Positions 27,361 to 64,000 of a stretch of 64,000 nt of DNA are shown here, one piece after another. Every line of letters begins with the position of its first letter. The stretch's first letter is position 1. The DNA is taken from NCBI GenBank assembly GCA_012295275.1, contig CM022679.1, forward strand, positions 29,512,001 through 29,576,000, given 5' to 3'. This DNA is from Chrysomallon squamiferum. Lineage: Eukaryota > Animalia > Mollusca. The position numbers and the translations under genes are program-made. Below the pieces are notes generated by a model. The model was not told the DNA's origin, ran no database searches, and saw only the letters and a list, made by a program, of their open reading frames with translations.

Positions 27361-28481
27361 TTACAACAGCAGCAACAAAAACTGATGACATTTTTTTCAC
27401 ATCCATGTCCTGATCTTCCAGTATTTTATTTTATTTTATTTTATTTTTTTTTCTCTCTGACAGGCTAGATCAAAATTCCATTGCTAAAACTTAATCATAA
27501 CATCGGGGACTTGGTAGGCGGGTGTCAACTCAGCCTGGCTGTAACACCGCGGACCAGTGAATGCGGCGGTCTGTTCTTTTCACACGTTTAAAAAACCTAT
27601 CCAGCTAGTTTCACTTGTTGAATCGTTCAGCCCTTTATCTTCTCTTTTGTTTGATCGCTTAACTGAAAGTTTTCTGTTCGAGTAGCGAGGACAGTTTGTT
27701 GTGGGTAGCGAGTGACACTTCTGTGTGGTTCATGACGAGTACATTTTCACGGTGTTTAATATTCAGACGTAATTTTTAGCCTGCTTCAGATTTCAAGTAG
27801 CTTTTGTCGCGAGACGGGAACACGTTTGTGCGTTAATGTACCTGCGTATTATTTTACCTGTATGTTTTACCTGTGATTCTTATCTGACCGTGATACATGT
27901 AAGTTTTTATATGTCTGTTTTATATGGATTTTTATCTACCTGTATTTTTTTTCACCGGGATGTTTTACGTGTCAATTTTCACCTGAACTACACCTGTCTA
28001 CGACACCTTCAAGATTTACCTGTTTTGTGTTACCTGTGAGTTTTACCTGTCCGTGTTACGTCAACTGTTACCTGTATTTTTCCACTGGAATAGTTTACCT
28101 GAGTTACACCTGTCTATGTTATCTTCAAGAGTTTACCTATTACCTACATATTTCACTTGTCACTGAGACGTGTTTGTCATCGTTGACTTTTTCATTACTT
28201 CAAGTCTCTTTGGTTGTTTTTTTTTCACCTGAAACTTCTACCAGCATTTCTCCTGTGAAAGTTTTAATTTCATTTTCACCTGAATATTGATTCATCTACT
28301 GAACTATAAACCTTTACATCCTCAAGGCTCGTGTGTACTACAAAAGTCCCATCACGAATCATGGAGGACATTATATTTGTTACTGAATATTACAGTTCTG
28401 TGAGAACGTGTGTAGTAAGGTAACAACACAGTGAGGTTTAAACTGATGTAAACTCGTGTTTAAATAATTAACTCGTGTCAA

Positions 28482-47559
<19,078 letters not shown>

Positions 47560-49399
47560 ATATGTCAAGGTCAGATTTCGATCTGGCCCCCTCCCCTCTC
47601 AAGCAAGTAGAAGAAGAAGAAGAAGAAGAAAAAAAGTCTTAGCCCGTAAGCTGGGTATTTTATCAGTAATATCCTAACTAATATTAATAAACCTATGACA
47701 GATCAGGAATCTATAATGGCCGTTAAACATGAATCAGTTTTGAGATATTACAGTTAAAAGGTATATCTAAATATCTAACTTTACAATAAAACCATTAATC
47801 ATTGAGGTGGGTTCATTTTTGTACTGTAAATTTTCAAATTATGTTAACCTCGTCCTTTAAGAATATCCATTTTACATTATATTAAAGTAACCTTTTACAT
47901 TACATCTAAGTAACTTTTTTCGACTGTGTGTCGCTTACCTTCGGCAGGAGAATGAGTTTAATATTTAGCATATTTCTATCGGATAATTTGTTTAAGCACA
48001 TATCTATATAGTGCACACATTTTTACGTCATTAGATAGCTCTTTTCACTTTAGTACAATCTGTATATCAACTTGAATTCATTATCAGAGAGATTTTCAAA
48101 AAATTGTTACCTCCTTCTCTTTCATTACTAACCAGCGAAAAGATAATCTACATATAAAACTAAACTGTTATATAATCTGGATTTATAGTCACCATAACCA
48201 TTATCATCATCATCATCCTCACCATCGTTATTATAATTATTATTATCATCATCGTCATAATCATCATCATCATTACTACTACTAATATTATCGTATATAT
48301 GTAGAATTTAATCGATAGATGTATATAAAACCAAAATAATATTCGAAACCGTTAGAATTTTACGCAGTTACTGATGACTGAGATAAATATAATACAATTT
48401 ATTAAACACGTATTTGACCATTCATTTTTCTACTCTTTGTAATCAAACTGCTGTGATGAATGGAGTTATGTCCCTTAGAAGGTTTTACTAAATGGAAATG
48501 CGACAACTGTTCGGAGATAGGAAAATCCTATTTAATCTGTGGCAGCTAAACTATGTTACTGTGCAATAAATATCTCATAAAATGATAATTGTTTTGTTGA
48601 ATTTTTTTTTTTTTTTTTTTTCTGTTGATTGTTGTTATTATTATTATTAATTTTTTTTTTTCGTTATTTATTTTTAAGTATTAGTATAATAACATTAGCG
48701 ACGGTTTTAAAATAAAAATGTGATGGTGATGTTATTTGTTTTGTATGGCATTTATTTTACTGCTTTTTAATATATATATTCGTTTAGAATAAATACACTA
48801 AATTAGTTATATAAACAAACACTGCCAATAATCCCCTGCTAATAATGTGGGACGAGGATTATCTTTTAAGCCAGATTACCTCGAGCGAAAAAAAAATAAA
48901 AAAATAAAAAAATCCACTAATTCAAAGAATATAATTAATGGTTTTATATGTATACGCATGCATACATGCACACATACACACAATAATAACTGAACGGACG
49001 ATAAAAGAAGCAACTGAACTGTGGCGGAGATAGGTGAATCACTGGATTATCGCCCCTGATCTGACTCTTTAATCTGTGAAAACAATTAAGCTACTGATTT
49101 ACATAATATCCTTGTTCAAACCGCGTAAAATTTAAAAATAAGGTCAAATTGTTAAATATATAAATTAAAATACTTCAGATGTGGTAGCGTTAAATAGGCA
49201 CTAGCTTTGAAACATTTGAAAACGTTAAATTATTAAATGTTTTTAATAAAATGGAAAACAACAAAGTTTTTAAAATCATGTAACTTTTTAATTGTGTCTA
49301 TAGCCATCCTTTTAGGGAACTTGTAATCGTGAATTTTTTCAGTTAATCAATAACAATGTCACAGAATAATATCAACATAAATAAATAACATAACATAAC

Positions 49400-49447
<48 letters not shown>

Positions 49448-49747
49448 TACAGCTTTATATATATATATACATTTTCCCAGGACGTCGTGGTTTTAAAGAT
49501 GGATGCCCTGTAGGTGCTATGTTTGTCACTAATTTGTAACGTGCATGTCTCAAACTGAATTCTTAGACATTGTGGTGATCTGATAGGATCATGCGCCTAA
49601 ATGAATGTTTCAGTAAAATAGTCATTCCTTTTAAATGAAGATACCTTTCTTTTTAATTGATAATAATTGTTTGATTTTTTTATTATTATTATTATGATTT
49701 TTTTAGAGGGGTTCGGAATTTTATTTATTTATTTATTTATTTATTTA

Positions 49748-49805
<58 letters not shown>

Positions 49806-50244
49806 TATGTCTAAAGGAGGTAATCATTATTTAAGTTTATTAAACAGGTGAGGACTAAATGTCGAATAATTATATACCTGTAAAGAAATATTAAAGTATT
49901 TTTAATAATACATCCAAATCTGATTGTTTTATTTTACAAATAACCTAAATAAGTAGGTAAACATGCATTCGAGGTATTCCGTAAACACTGGATGTTAAAA
50001 AATTATTCCGAATATTGCCGAAGATGACACTCCTCCCTTTTCTGAATACATCTATAAAATTAAAATTAACTGAAAGTTATATAAACAGACATGGTATTTT
50101 AAAATGTATTAATAATTGTTTAAAACAATTATAAAAATATATAAGACCAAAAATCAAAAGCAAAATAAGAAAATAAAAGAAAATATTAGTCAAATTCCGA
50201 AATTAGCCGTTTTTCGGCGAACACTCGGAAGATAATTTCTGACT

Positions 50245-50305
50245 CAACAAAGGGAGCTAACTGGTCGTTAAAGCAATGCGCATGCTCAAATAGCCATTTT
50301 GTTGA
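50245..50305 (+). promoter_or_regulatory. Putative UBE2D proximal promoter motifs
   Basis: NRF1-like TGCGCATGCTC (50277-50287) and YY1-like GCCATTTTG (50293-50301), 70-100 bp upstream of the ATG. Motif matches only. Confidence 0.4.
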
Positions 50306-50373
50306 AAGAAGAAGAATTTACTGACTGGTGAAGACGTTAAGAAATTCGTTATTTAATTACTACAGACACAACT

Positions 50374-54484
<4,111 letters not shown>

Positions 54485-57400
54485 TGAAAGGGTGTTCCTA
54501 TATGAAACATTTTTTGTCTGTGAAAAAAAATAAAAATTGTTTTTCGGTACACTTAAAAATGAACAGAACACTTAACAAAGGCAAATACAAAAAAAAAAAA
54601 AAAAAAAAAAAAAACTGTGTGAATAATTTTATAATCTTTTTTTCTCCCTCCTATTTCATACAAAGATGTAGATCAGGGGTTTGTATTAATAAAGGTGTGT
54701 CACTGGGGACTGAACATAGGGTGAGGGAGGGGTTAAGACTTTTTTTATACAGTGCTGACCACTGGTAAATCATTTAGCAGAATGTCTAGTTTTATTACTT
54801 TTCTTTCTTTTTAAATTTTAATCACCAATAATTTCATCATGATTGTTAATAGAGACATGACTTTGATTATTGTAAGACATAGATGTAAAGTGTACAGACC
54901 CATGGAAATTCTTACAGTGTTTATTTAATGAATAATAGTAATATTTAAATGTAATAACCAGCTACATATCTGTAACAAAGAGCAAATCATTTTTTAAAAA
55001 ACAATTTCTATCTTATTGCCACCACCCATTCTAAATTGTATATAGTATGAGTCACATAGAGGGTTATTTTTCAAATTATTTCCCAAGCACAGAATACACG
55101 ATAATAATTATTTTTTAAAATATTGTTTTATTATTTATTATTTATTTATTATCACATATTTGCACTATGATTTGTAGACAAAAATTTAAAAAAAGAAAAA
55201 AAAACATTTACACAGGCACTGCACAATTAAGTTTTAAAATGAATATTTCCAGTGAAATGGGTAAATTAATCTTTATTGCTATTTTTCTGGATTTTTTTAA
55301 ATTTTTGTTTTGAGAATTGTTGTCATGGAAATGGTAATATTTTTTTTTTTTTTTTTTTATCAAACTGTGGTTGGCCAACATTGGCTATTTTAGGAGCTGA
55401 TGTGCTGTGCAGTGACCATAATTTGTAATTGATTTAATTAATTTCTGAATAGAAGTTTGCAGCCATGATGAATTGAATCTATTGTAGATAAACTCATTCT
55501 GTTCACCAATCAGGCATTTAAAATTATCCATGAATGTAATATAGTTAAATTTCTGGATTTGAAGATAAGTATGATACATACATACTGTTTTAGTTAACCT
55601 TCGATTTTTAATTGAGGTTAAATAAATGTCTTTGAGCATGTGACATTGGTTGTTACGGCAACCTACATTTGAAACAATATGACATTGACTGTCTTAAAAA
55701 AATATTAAAAATTTGCTTGTCAATTCTACCATTTCATTATAAAAATAAGTATTTGGAGTTAATAATTTTTTTTATCCAAAACGTAATCTTTTTTTTTTTT
55801 TTTTTTCCAAAGGTTAGAGCATTTTTAAACAAAAACATATTGTAATTTAAAAATGCCTTAGTGTAATTCAAATAAAGCTTTTTTTTTTATTTTATATATA
55901 TATATATATAAATTTATTCACTTCTGTACATTTCATATTTTTCTGTTGCTAAATTTGACCTGTTCCAAACAGTGGCAGTTTTTTTGGATGGGTTTTGGGG
56001 CATTTTAGATTTTATTTAATTTTCATGAGGCTTGCTTCGCCACAGTGTGACGTAATAAAAAAACCCATCTCTACTGCGCCAATATACTACGACTGAAAAC
56101 TCAGGACACGACATTTTTAGTGTTCTGCATTAACTCTTATGTAAAATATTAAACAAAAAAATTTGTACAGAACTAGACCCCAATTTTCTTTTCACTATCT
56201 TTTAATTAACCTAACAAATTATAATTATTTTTTTTTTTTTTTTTCATTATTATTATTTACTGTGTTCAGAACATGATGTGCTTGGGACAAGTGGCCCGGT
56301 GTGAATAACATGTACATGATTAATAATACTTTTTTTTTTTTTTTTCATTACGGGCCTGTTACTGTCATCAAGCTGGTGTGTATAGTACATAAAGTTACAT
56401 AACAAACCATTTATGTTGTCTTGTTATCTTTTCTACATTGTACTCGCTGCATCATTATTTTAAAAAAAAAAAAAAAAAAAAATTATTAATGACTGAAAAA
56501 ATCCTATTAAAACACTAATTAGACTTGGGAGAATAAATTGCCTGTGTTTGAATTTGTATTTGGTTCAGAATACTGGGCATATTTGTAATATTAAAAACCT
56601 GTACACACATAATTACTGAATGATTTTTTTTTATTTGTAGTAAGAACGTGTATACAACTGCTTTCTAACAGTTAAACATTTTTAATTGATGTTATTTCTC
56701 ACACTGTTTGACCTGTATTAAATAAATCTTAGAGCAGGTGAAACATGTCAGATATTTCATTACAACATGTATTTGAATAAACCATCGCATTGCACAAAAT
56801 TCTGTGTTAAATAAAGATCAATAATTGATATGAATGCTAATACTTGTTGCAGTCTGGATAACTACTGGAATTTTATAAATATTGTTGGAAGGTAATTTAC
56901 TATAAAAAAAATTTAGTAATAATTTTACAAAACGATAAAAAGAGGTTGCTTTTCTGTTGTTTAATCCTTGACTTGAGTTCCAGTAATAGCAAGGTTTGGT
57001 CTCTGTTAAATTTATAAACACCACAAAAACAAAGAAAGAAACTGCATACCATTCAAATCACCAGTATTTTATTGGACTCATATTAATATAAATTAATATA
57101 TACAGCCTTAAAATGTTGTAAATAATAATTTATTGACAATCTGAAAAGAATGTTATAGAAAAAATATCCATTAAATATCCACATGTATGGTGGTTGTACA
57201 CAAATAGCAAATAAAAGCCAACAGCAGTTGCATAAATGTTGAAGGTTTTTTTTAAAACGAGTAACTCATTATGAAGCTAACTGAATATTCTTTTCCTTAT
57301 GAATGGTTTATCAACAGCTTATTTATACATATGTGTGTATGGGTATATGTCTGTGTGTGTGCAAACAATTTGACATTTAACAGTAAAATGTGATAAAATG

Positions 57401-58046
57401 GTATTTATCGAATGCCGAGATCATTTTGATTCGTTCCTGAAGCAGAGGTCAGTAAGGTGATTTTGTTTGATAAAGAATTGATGAAATTAGTAACAATATG
57501 GATGGTTAATAACAAAAAATAAAAACATGTATTTGATTTGTGGGTTTTAATTTAAAAGAAGAAAATGTCACAAATTTACATTGGACATTAGATTTGTAAT
57601 TAATTACTGTAATATATTTCATACTTAGCCAACTATTTATACTGTGTGATGGAAATGATACTTTAGTTTCAAAATATTTATATGCATTAACCTTTGATCG
57701 TTGACCTTACATCCACCTATCAGAAGGGGAACCGCCAGAAGAAATTTGTTACGTTTCATTTTTGAACAATCGCACCATTTTGTTATCTGTAAATAGTTAT
57801 GGGTTGAGTTATTTTTACATCTAATTATCCACGCGAAAGACATTTTACTTTTATGATTATTTAAACATGACATATAAAACAAATCTGACAATGTACCGTG
57901 ACCAAGTAGTTATTAAATAAATAATGAAAATAAATAAAGGAAATGAAACAAAAACAAATTATTAAAATGAGAAAATTGTTTGCCTTGTTATGCAATGTGC
58001 TATGAACGTTTTAAATGATATCTTTTGACTGTTGATGGATATTTAA

Positions 58047-58097
<51 letters not shown>

Positions 58098-58714
58098 CGT
58101 TAAACCTAATCAAGGAAGGGAAATAACTCTGTTCGATTTAATCGAAGTTTCATTTCAGAATGGAAATGACCAAATTTTTTGTTTTTGTTTTATTTAATTT
58201 AAATTATAAAATAACAAAGATATAGTTATTTTTTAAATAGGATGTAAACAAATAAAGAGCTATACAAAAGCAAAACAATATTTAAGATCGCGAAATATAA
58301 TATCAGAAATGGTTACAATGTGGTACAAATAAAGCAATTTATAAGAAACAAAAATTTAAAACAGTAACATGTTATCTTCATATTTCTTATTCATAAATAT
58401 ATCTGAAATTTATTTATTTGTTGTTGTTTTTTTTTTTGTTTTTTTTAATTGTATTTTATTTTAATTTTTTAAATAATAAGGTTTGATGACTTAAGCTATT
58501 AGCTTCTAGAGCAAAATGACTGCGCCACAGTTCACTGACAGAATATTGGCTCAAAATTTATCGTCCACGAGACGGTTTATGAGCCCCAAGAGACAGACCA
58601 TTTCTCTCTCCACGAAGCCGTAATAATTAGTGTTTAAGTATTTTCTAATTCATTTACATACATATATATATATATATAGGTATAGCTATAGATAACAGAC
58701 AGAAGACCGTGTTT

Positions 58715-58756
58715 TTTTTTGTGCTGCGGGGGGTGTCGTTAAACATTCATTCATTA
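58715..58756 (+). mobile_element. Possible SINE 3' tail fragment
   Basis: GTGCTGCGGGGGGTGTCGTTAAACATTCATTCATT resembles, from memory, gastropod SINE ends (GTCGTTAAAC plus short tandem tail). No head region seen. Confidence 0.3.
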
Positions 58757-58938
58757 ACATAGTTACCGACAGCTGTGATTTTTACTTTCTGTCACTTTTC
58801 AGTAATATTTGTTTGCCTTCAAAAAGTTATTAATTTTTATTTGTCATTAAAAATAGAATTTCCAAGGGAGACGACTACAATACATCTTATTTTATAAATT
58901 TAACATAGATAGTAAATCTTTTGTTTGTTTGTTTTTTT

Positions 58939-59024
<86 letters not shown>

Positions 59025-59250
59025 TGTTAAATTCTAAATACTATATAATGATGTCGACCAATATTAATGACTTTATTTTCCGTTCAGGTACCAACAAAAT
59101 TCTATATATAGCTAGCTATTCGGTTACCTTAAGCAATGCAGATTAACTATAACACATAATTGTGGTGTTTACTTTGATTATAATTATGTTCTGCTGAGAT
59201 ATTTTTAAAATATTGTTAATAAAACAATCCTTATTTATTTATTTATTTAT

Positions 59251-59302
<52 letters not shown>

Positions 59303-60131
59303 GGGAAATAATAAAATAAAATTGAAAAAAGGCATATAGGGATAATGCTGATCTAATTTTAGTGACCATTTTGGTTTAAAGTTACGTGATTTCGTTTATT
59401 TCCAACTAATTCATAAATAAACAGACACTTTTTAAATTTCGTTTTAGTTCTGATTATTTTTAACTAAGAGCACAAGCGTGTAAAGATGAGCGAATAATTC
59501 CTTTTCCCTATTATAGTCTAATAAATTATTAATTCCAAATTATCGATTTCTTCTCTGTTTTCTGTCCTTTTGACAAAGGGAATGACTCATTTGAATGTGG
59601 GGATTGTTGCTTGTTTTTTTACTTCATTGTTCTTTTTCTATTCAATATAATCTTCTTTCACAAACAGTTAATATCATTTTTTTTCAACAGTATGCATTTA
59701 TAAAATATTTATAAGTTTTAACTGTGAAGAAAAGGCATCCTGAAATATCCTTTTTATCTTTCATTTAATACTGCTCGAATCACTTATTTTGGTTTTGGAT
59801 CGGTCGGATTATCTCCCCTATCAAAGAGTGGTCGGTGCGCCATATTTTACCAGGACGACAGTATGCGTCGGGTGTGAGTATATTGCTTTTGTTTTTTCGT
59901 AAAATATAATTTTTTATAATTCCGTTTTTGTGATTAATTCAAGTACTTTTACAATAAAATGATGTCATTAAAAACAAAAAAATTAAACTTTGCATTTTGT
60001 CTAAAATTTTAATAGGACGCAGTGTTTAGGAAATCGCACTTCCGCAGTTACTGGTCAGCTGTCGACAAATTATTCGATCGAATTATCCGTTCCGTAATAA
60101 TGATAATTATGCTTATATTTGTTTTATATCA

Positions 60132-60189
<58 letters not shown>

Positions 60190-60773
60190 GCGTTGCAAGA
60201 AAACAGCTGAAATAAATTCTTTAGTAAATAGTAATTGCCAGAATTAGAATTTAGAAAAAGAATGATAAATAACTAGATACTTAAGATAGCAGATTAAAAT
60301 TTAAAGTGATAATAAACATTATCATTATAAAATAAACCGGAGTTATATAATAATAATAATAATAATTATAAATATTTTTTAAGAAAATGAACATTAAAAT
60401 ATCGTTTTCATTTAATAAAGATTTGGTTTCTGTTTCTGTTTCAACTTATCTTGTTTGAACTAGGCTTATCTTTGAGTTATAATTTTGAGAAATTAAAATT
60501 TGATATGATTTTAAAAATTTACTTTGAAAATGACCTAAAAAGCAAAGGTTCTTATCATCACTTATATGTGTACTAAAGTAATGTCAAAACAAAATAAAGT
60601 CCTGAAGCAATTGATATTATAAATGTTACATGGCTAAGGTGTGGTAGTGTTGAAAGGCAATATATTTGTACATATGTCACAATCATTTTTGATGGAAGTT
60701 ATTTAAAAATTGGAAAAAACAAATACACAAGTTTTACTTGGAACATGAATTTTTATTTCTAAAATTAAAAACT

Positions 60774-60817
<44 letters not shown>

Positions 60818-60971
60818 TGTCAATATTTTCAGAAATATTTAGTTCAGGTTATCCTCTTTTTTAATTGCATTTTTTTTTTGTAATAGGAAATGTGATACGT
60901 CTCATTTATATTTATTTTTATCTTCATTTCAGGTTGTCATGGTGATGTAAAAAAAAGAATACGTCAGGAGT

Positions 60972-61052
60972 ATGAGGATGCTGTTTATTTCCTTGGCATT
61001 TGTTGCCATTGTCTCTGTGGCTACAGCGAAGCCTCACAAACATGGTGGAAAG
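60972..61052 (+). CDS. First coding exon of an unidentified secreted or membrane protein (no later exon recognised in this window)
   Basis: Acceptor TTTCAG at 60932, in-frame upstream TAA, signal-peptide-like MRMLFISLAFVAIVSVATA-KPHKHGGK, donor AAG|GTAGGT. A probable 5'UTR exon ends at 59873 (GTGAGT). Confidence 0.7.
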
Positions 61053-64000
61053 GTAGGTTGTGAAAAACTACCAAACAAAGCTTATATAGTAATAATATGT
61101 AATACGAACAGACGTTAGAAAGCTTTGTAACTGACATCCTTTTTATGTATGGACATAAATGTACTTTTTTTTAATTTACTCTTTAGATATATTCATTAAC
61201 CTTTATTATATTTATCTCAATATGACACTTTATAACTGATGCAGTTTTGTTTTATAACGTCATTCATTAATTCATTCATTCATTCAGTCAAACATATGAA
61301 TAGAAAGTGTTCATTGTGGACCTCTATTTTTTGTAACCTAACCTTACCACAAGGTTGTATGTCTAAAAACTTATTGTATTACATCTAAAGTGTCAGTATG
61401 AGTCTAATGCTTTTCATGTGAATATTCAGTTCATTTTTGTGCAGTATTAATTAAGATAATATATATTTATTATTTATCAACAATGACTTGAATTGTGGCT
61501 TCAGTAAAGGACAGTGACATTTAACAGTGTATATTTAATTCATACAGATATAGAGAATTTAGTCATTTACTCAAAAAGGAATAAATCTTGATGTTCATTA
61601 ATGGATATTTATATTGTTTATGCAATATTTTTATTATATTTATTATTGATATTCTTATTGTTGTTTATATTATTACTGTATATATAATTGTATATATAAA
61701 AAATATTTTGATTAAAAGCAGTGAGAAGAAAACATTATTATCTCCTTTAATCATATATGGTACTGTTTCATGTGGTAGGTTATTTTGAACCATGCAGTAT
61801 TGTTACTGATCAAAACAATGAGAACTGTTTTCACATTCTGGCTTACTTCTTTGTTGATCTGTACAGTAATGGTGTTTAACATTTCACAGAATTCATTGTT
61901 GTGATAGAAATTCAGATAATAATGCAGGTGTCCAATTCCCAGTCACAAGTTAAAAATAATCAAATAATACATACTTAATGTCATTTACAAGTGAATACCT
62001 GGTTTTTAGTGCGTAGATAAAATTTAATATGCTGTATTTTGTATTACTACAAACTGAAATATATCTATAGATTATTATTAGCTGATTAGGCTTATCTAAT
62101 TTGAATTTTTCCAAATGATGTATACCAACACATTTGAAACAAAGGATTTAAGCCAAATTGATCCAAGTGTTATAAATAAACATTAGGTAATGCAGGTTAC
62201 CAGTTTATCCTTTTATATTGTTTTTTTTTTCCTCCACATCCATCTGTTACAAATAAGACTTCGTTATACACATGAATATTGTATATCTCCATGAAAACAC
62301 AGACTGAAGCATCCAAATCAAATTAAATTAAATGCAAAAAAATGCATTTCTTAAATTCTTAATAATAGTCTTATTACATATCTTATAGTTTTAAGATAAG
62401 CAGTTGATAGGTAATGGTGTTGTAGACTAATTTGAGAATATGTTAAGTTAAACACTGAGTTAGATAGAAAATTACAACATGCAGTTTAATAGTGTTTTTA
62501 TATACATGTAATTACTTTTTAAATCATAACCTGAGTACTTCATAATCAAATTTTTTTTGTTTTAAGCATGCATGCAAGCATACACAATGCAGGTGCACAT
62601 GTGCACACACAAACATATATATTATTAAACACATACTAACAAGCAGTAAACTGTATATACTTAGACATGGAAATTACAAGCATATGCACATTCATAAATA
62701 ATGTGATTTATGTGACTGTTCTATTTCTTTCTAATTTAAATGCACATACATGCACTTACTTACATGTAAACATGTATGTGCACACACTTACATACACATT
62801 TACATGCACAAGCTACTCAGACATGTAATTTATAGACAGTTTGTGCTACTGACTGAGATGTTAAAGAGCAGTCTGTATATGTTCCCAGATGATGCACACA
62901 AACATACATATGTACATAGACAGCAGTTAATATTGATCTGTGTTGTCAGGTTTGAACTCCCCTTCTGGCAGTTGTGTACTGAATATTTATAAATTTCCAG
63001 CAAGTAAAATCAGTTTAACGGTTTATTGTATAGCTCATAATGACTCAAGAGGATTGAGGAAAAAATGCATAAAAGATATTATTTATAAAAAGAAAATGGA
63101 TTGCTGTTTGAATTGTTGCCAGTGGAAACAGGAAAATTGTGGAGTTATTACACATACTTGCACATAACTACTATCTGGTTATTGTTGAAATTAATCAGTA
63201 CGAATATCAGTTAATTCTAGTACAATAGGTGATCAGTCTTTGGTAACAGGCTGCAGTGATACTAGTAATGGTAATAAAACTTGTCTGAACATCCGGCATC
63301 AAGTTATAAATGTGATGACACAAAGATCCCCTTTTTTTGTCATATCTGGTAATATTTTCATAAGCAGTGTATCCAGTTACCAGTTTAATTATCATTGGTA
63401 AGACACAGGATACTTTTCTTGTCAATTCTGGATTTGTATATTCATATCAGCATTTGTCTTCTGTCAGACAGTGTCTTCGTATTGTCAATGTTATTTCACA
63501 AAACGTTTTCTTGATTTTTTAAATTTTTATGTGGATTTGTGTAATTTGTATGTGTCTGTGTGTGTGTGAACTTACATTTTGTATGAGAAAGTAAACAGTA
63601 TGAAATATTATAAGGAAGGGAGAGAAAGGAGAGAAGAAAAAGAAAAAATTAAATACAGAGGAAAAGAAGATAAAAAAAAAAAAAAAATAAAAAAGGGAAA
63701 GAAACAAAAAAGGAGCAAGTAAAAAGGTTAAATAAGAGAAAAGAAGAATGACAATATTGCAGTTTGATTTTTATCTGCCTCAGAATCTGTCTGTCTGTCT
63801 GAGTTTGTTGGTTTCTCTGACTCAGTATCCATCTACTGTCACTTAGAACAAATATAAAGACAGAATGTTCAGCGTTAACTAAGTTCGGTAGTAAGTTATT
63901 TCCTGATTACTAAGTGTCTCAACAGCTGACACCAGATCTTAGAAGATTTACTATAGTAATTTACATGCTTTGTCCTGTGTGGTGTAGTTAATTATCTGAG

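Overview
AT-rich, microsatellite-laden animal genomic DNA with spliceosomal introns; a mollusc or other lophotrochozoan is a guess from repeat style only. I assembled the genes by hand from GT-AG phases, because most of the ORF track is microsatellite noise. (1) 0.3-22.7 kb: a tandem array of four paralogous small type-I membrane receptor genes. The layout is signal peptide, one 8-Cys domain with Grindelwald/TACI-BCMA-like TNFR spacing, optional Thr-rich stalk, TM and a short tail with no death domain. The copies differ module by module: a divergent ligand loop, stalk loss, a swapped first exon, a crippled TM exon (decoy-like), and gain or loss of TRAF- and Tyr-type motifs. Tigger/pogo relics are interleaved. 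(2) 28.5-47.6 kb: a 21-exon, ~971-aa FMNL-like formin with GBD/FH3 but no FH1 and a truncated, degenerate FH2. It contains a U12 AT-AC intron and an antisense intron-containing tRNA-Ile(UAU). (3) 50.4-54.5 kb: UBE2D/effete. (4) 61.0 kb: the first coding exon of an unidentified secreted protein. Family assignments rest on remembered motifs and need database confirmation.
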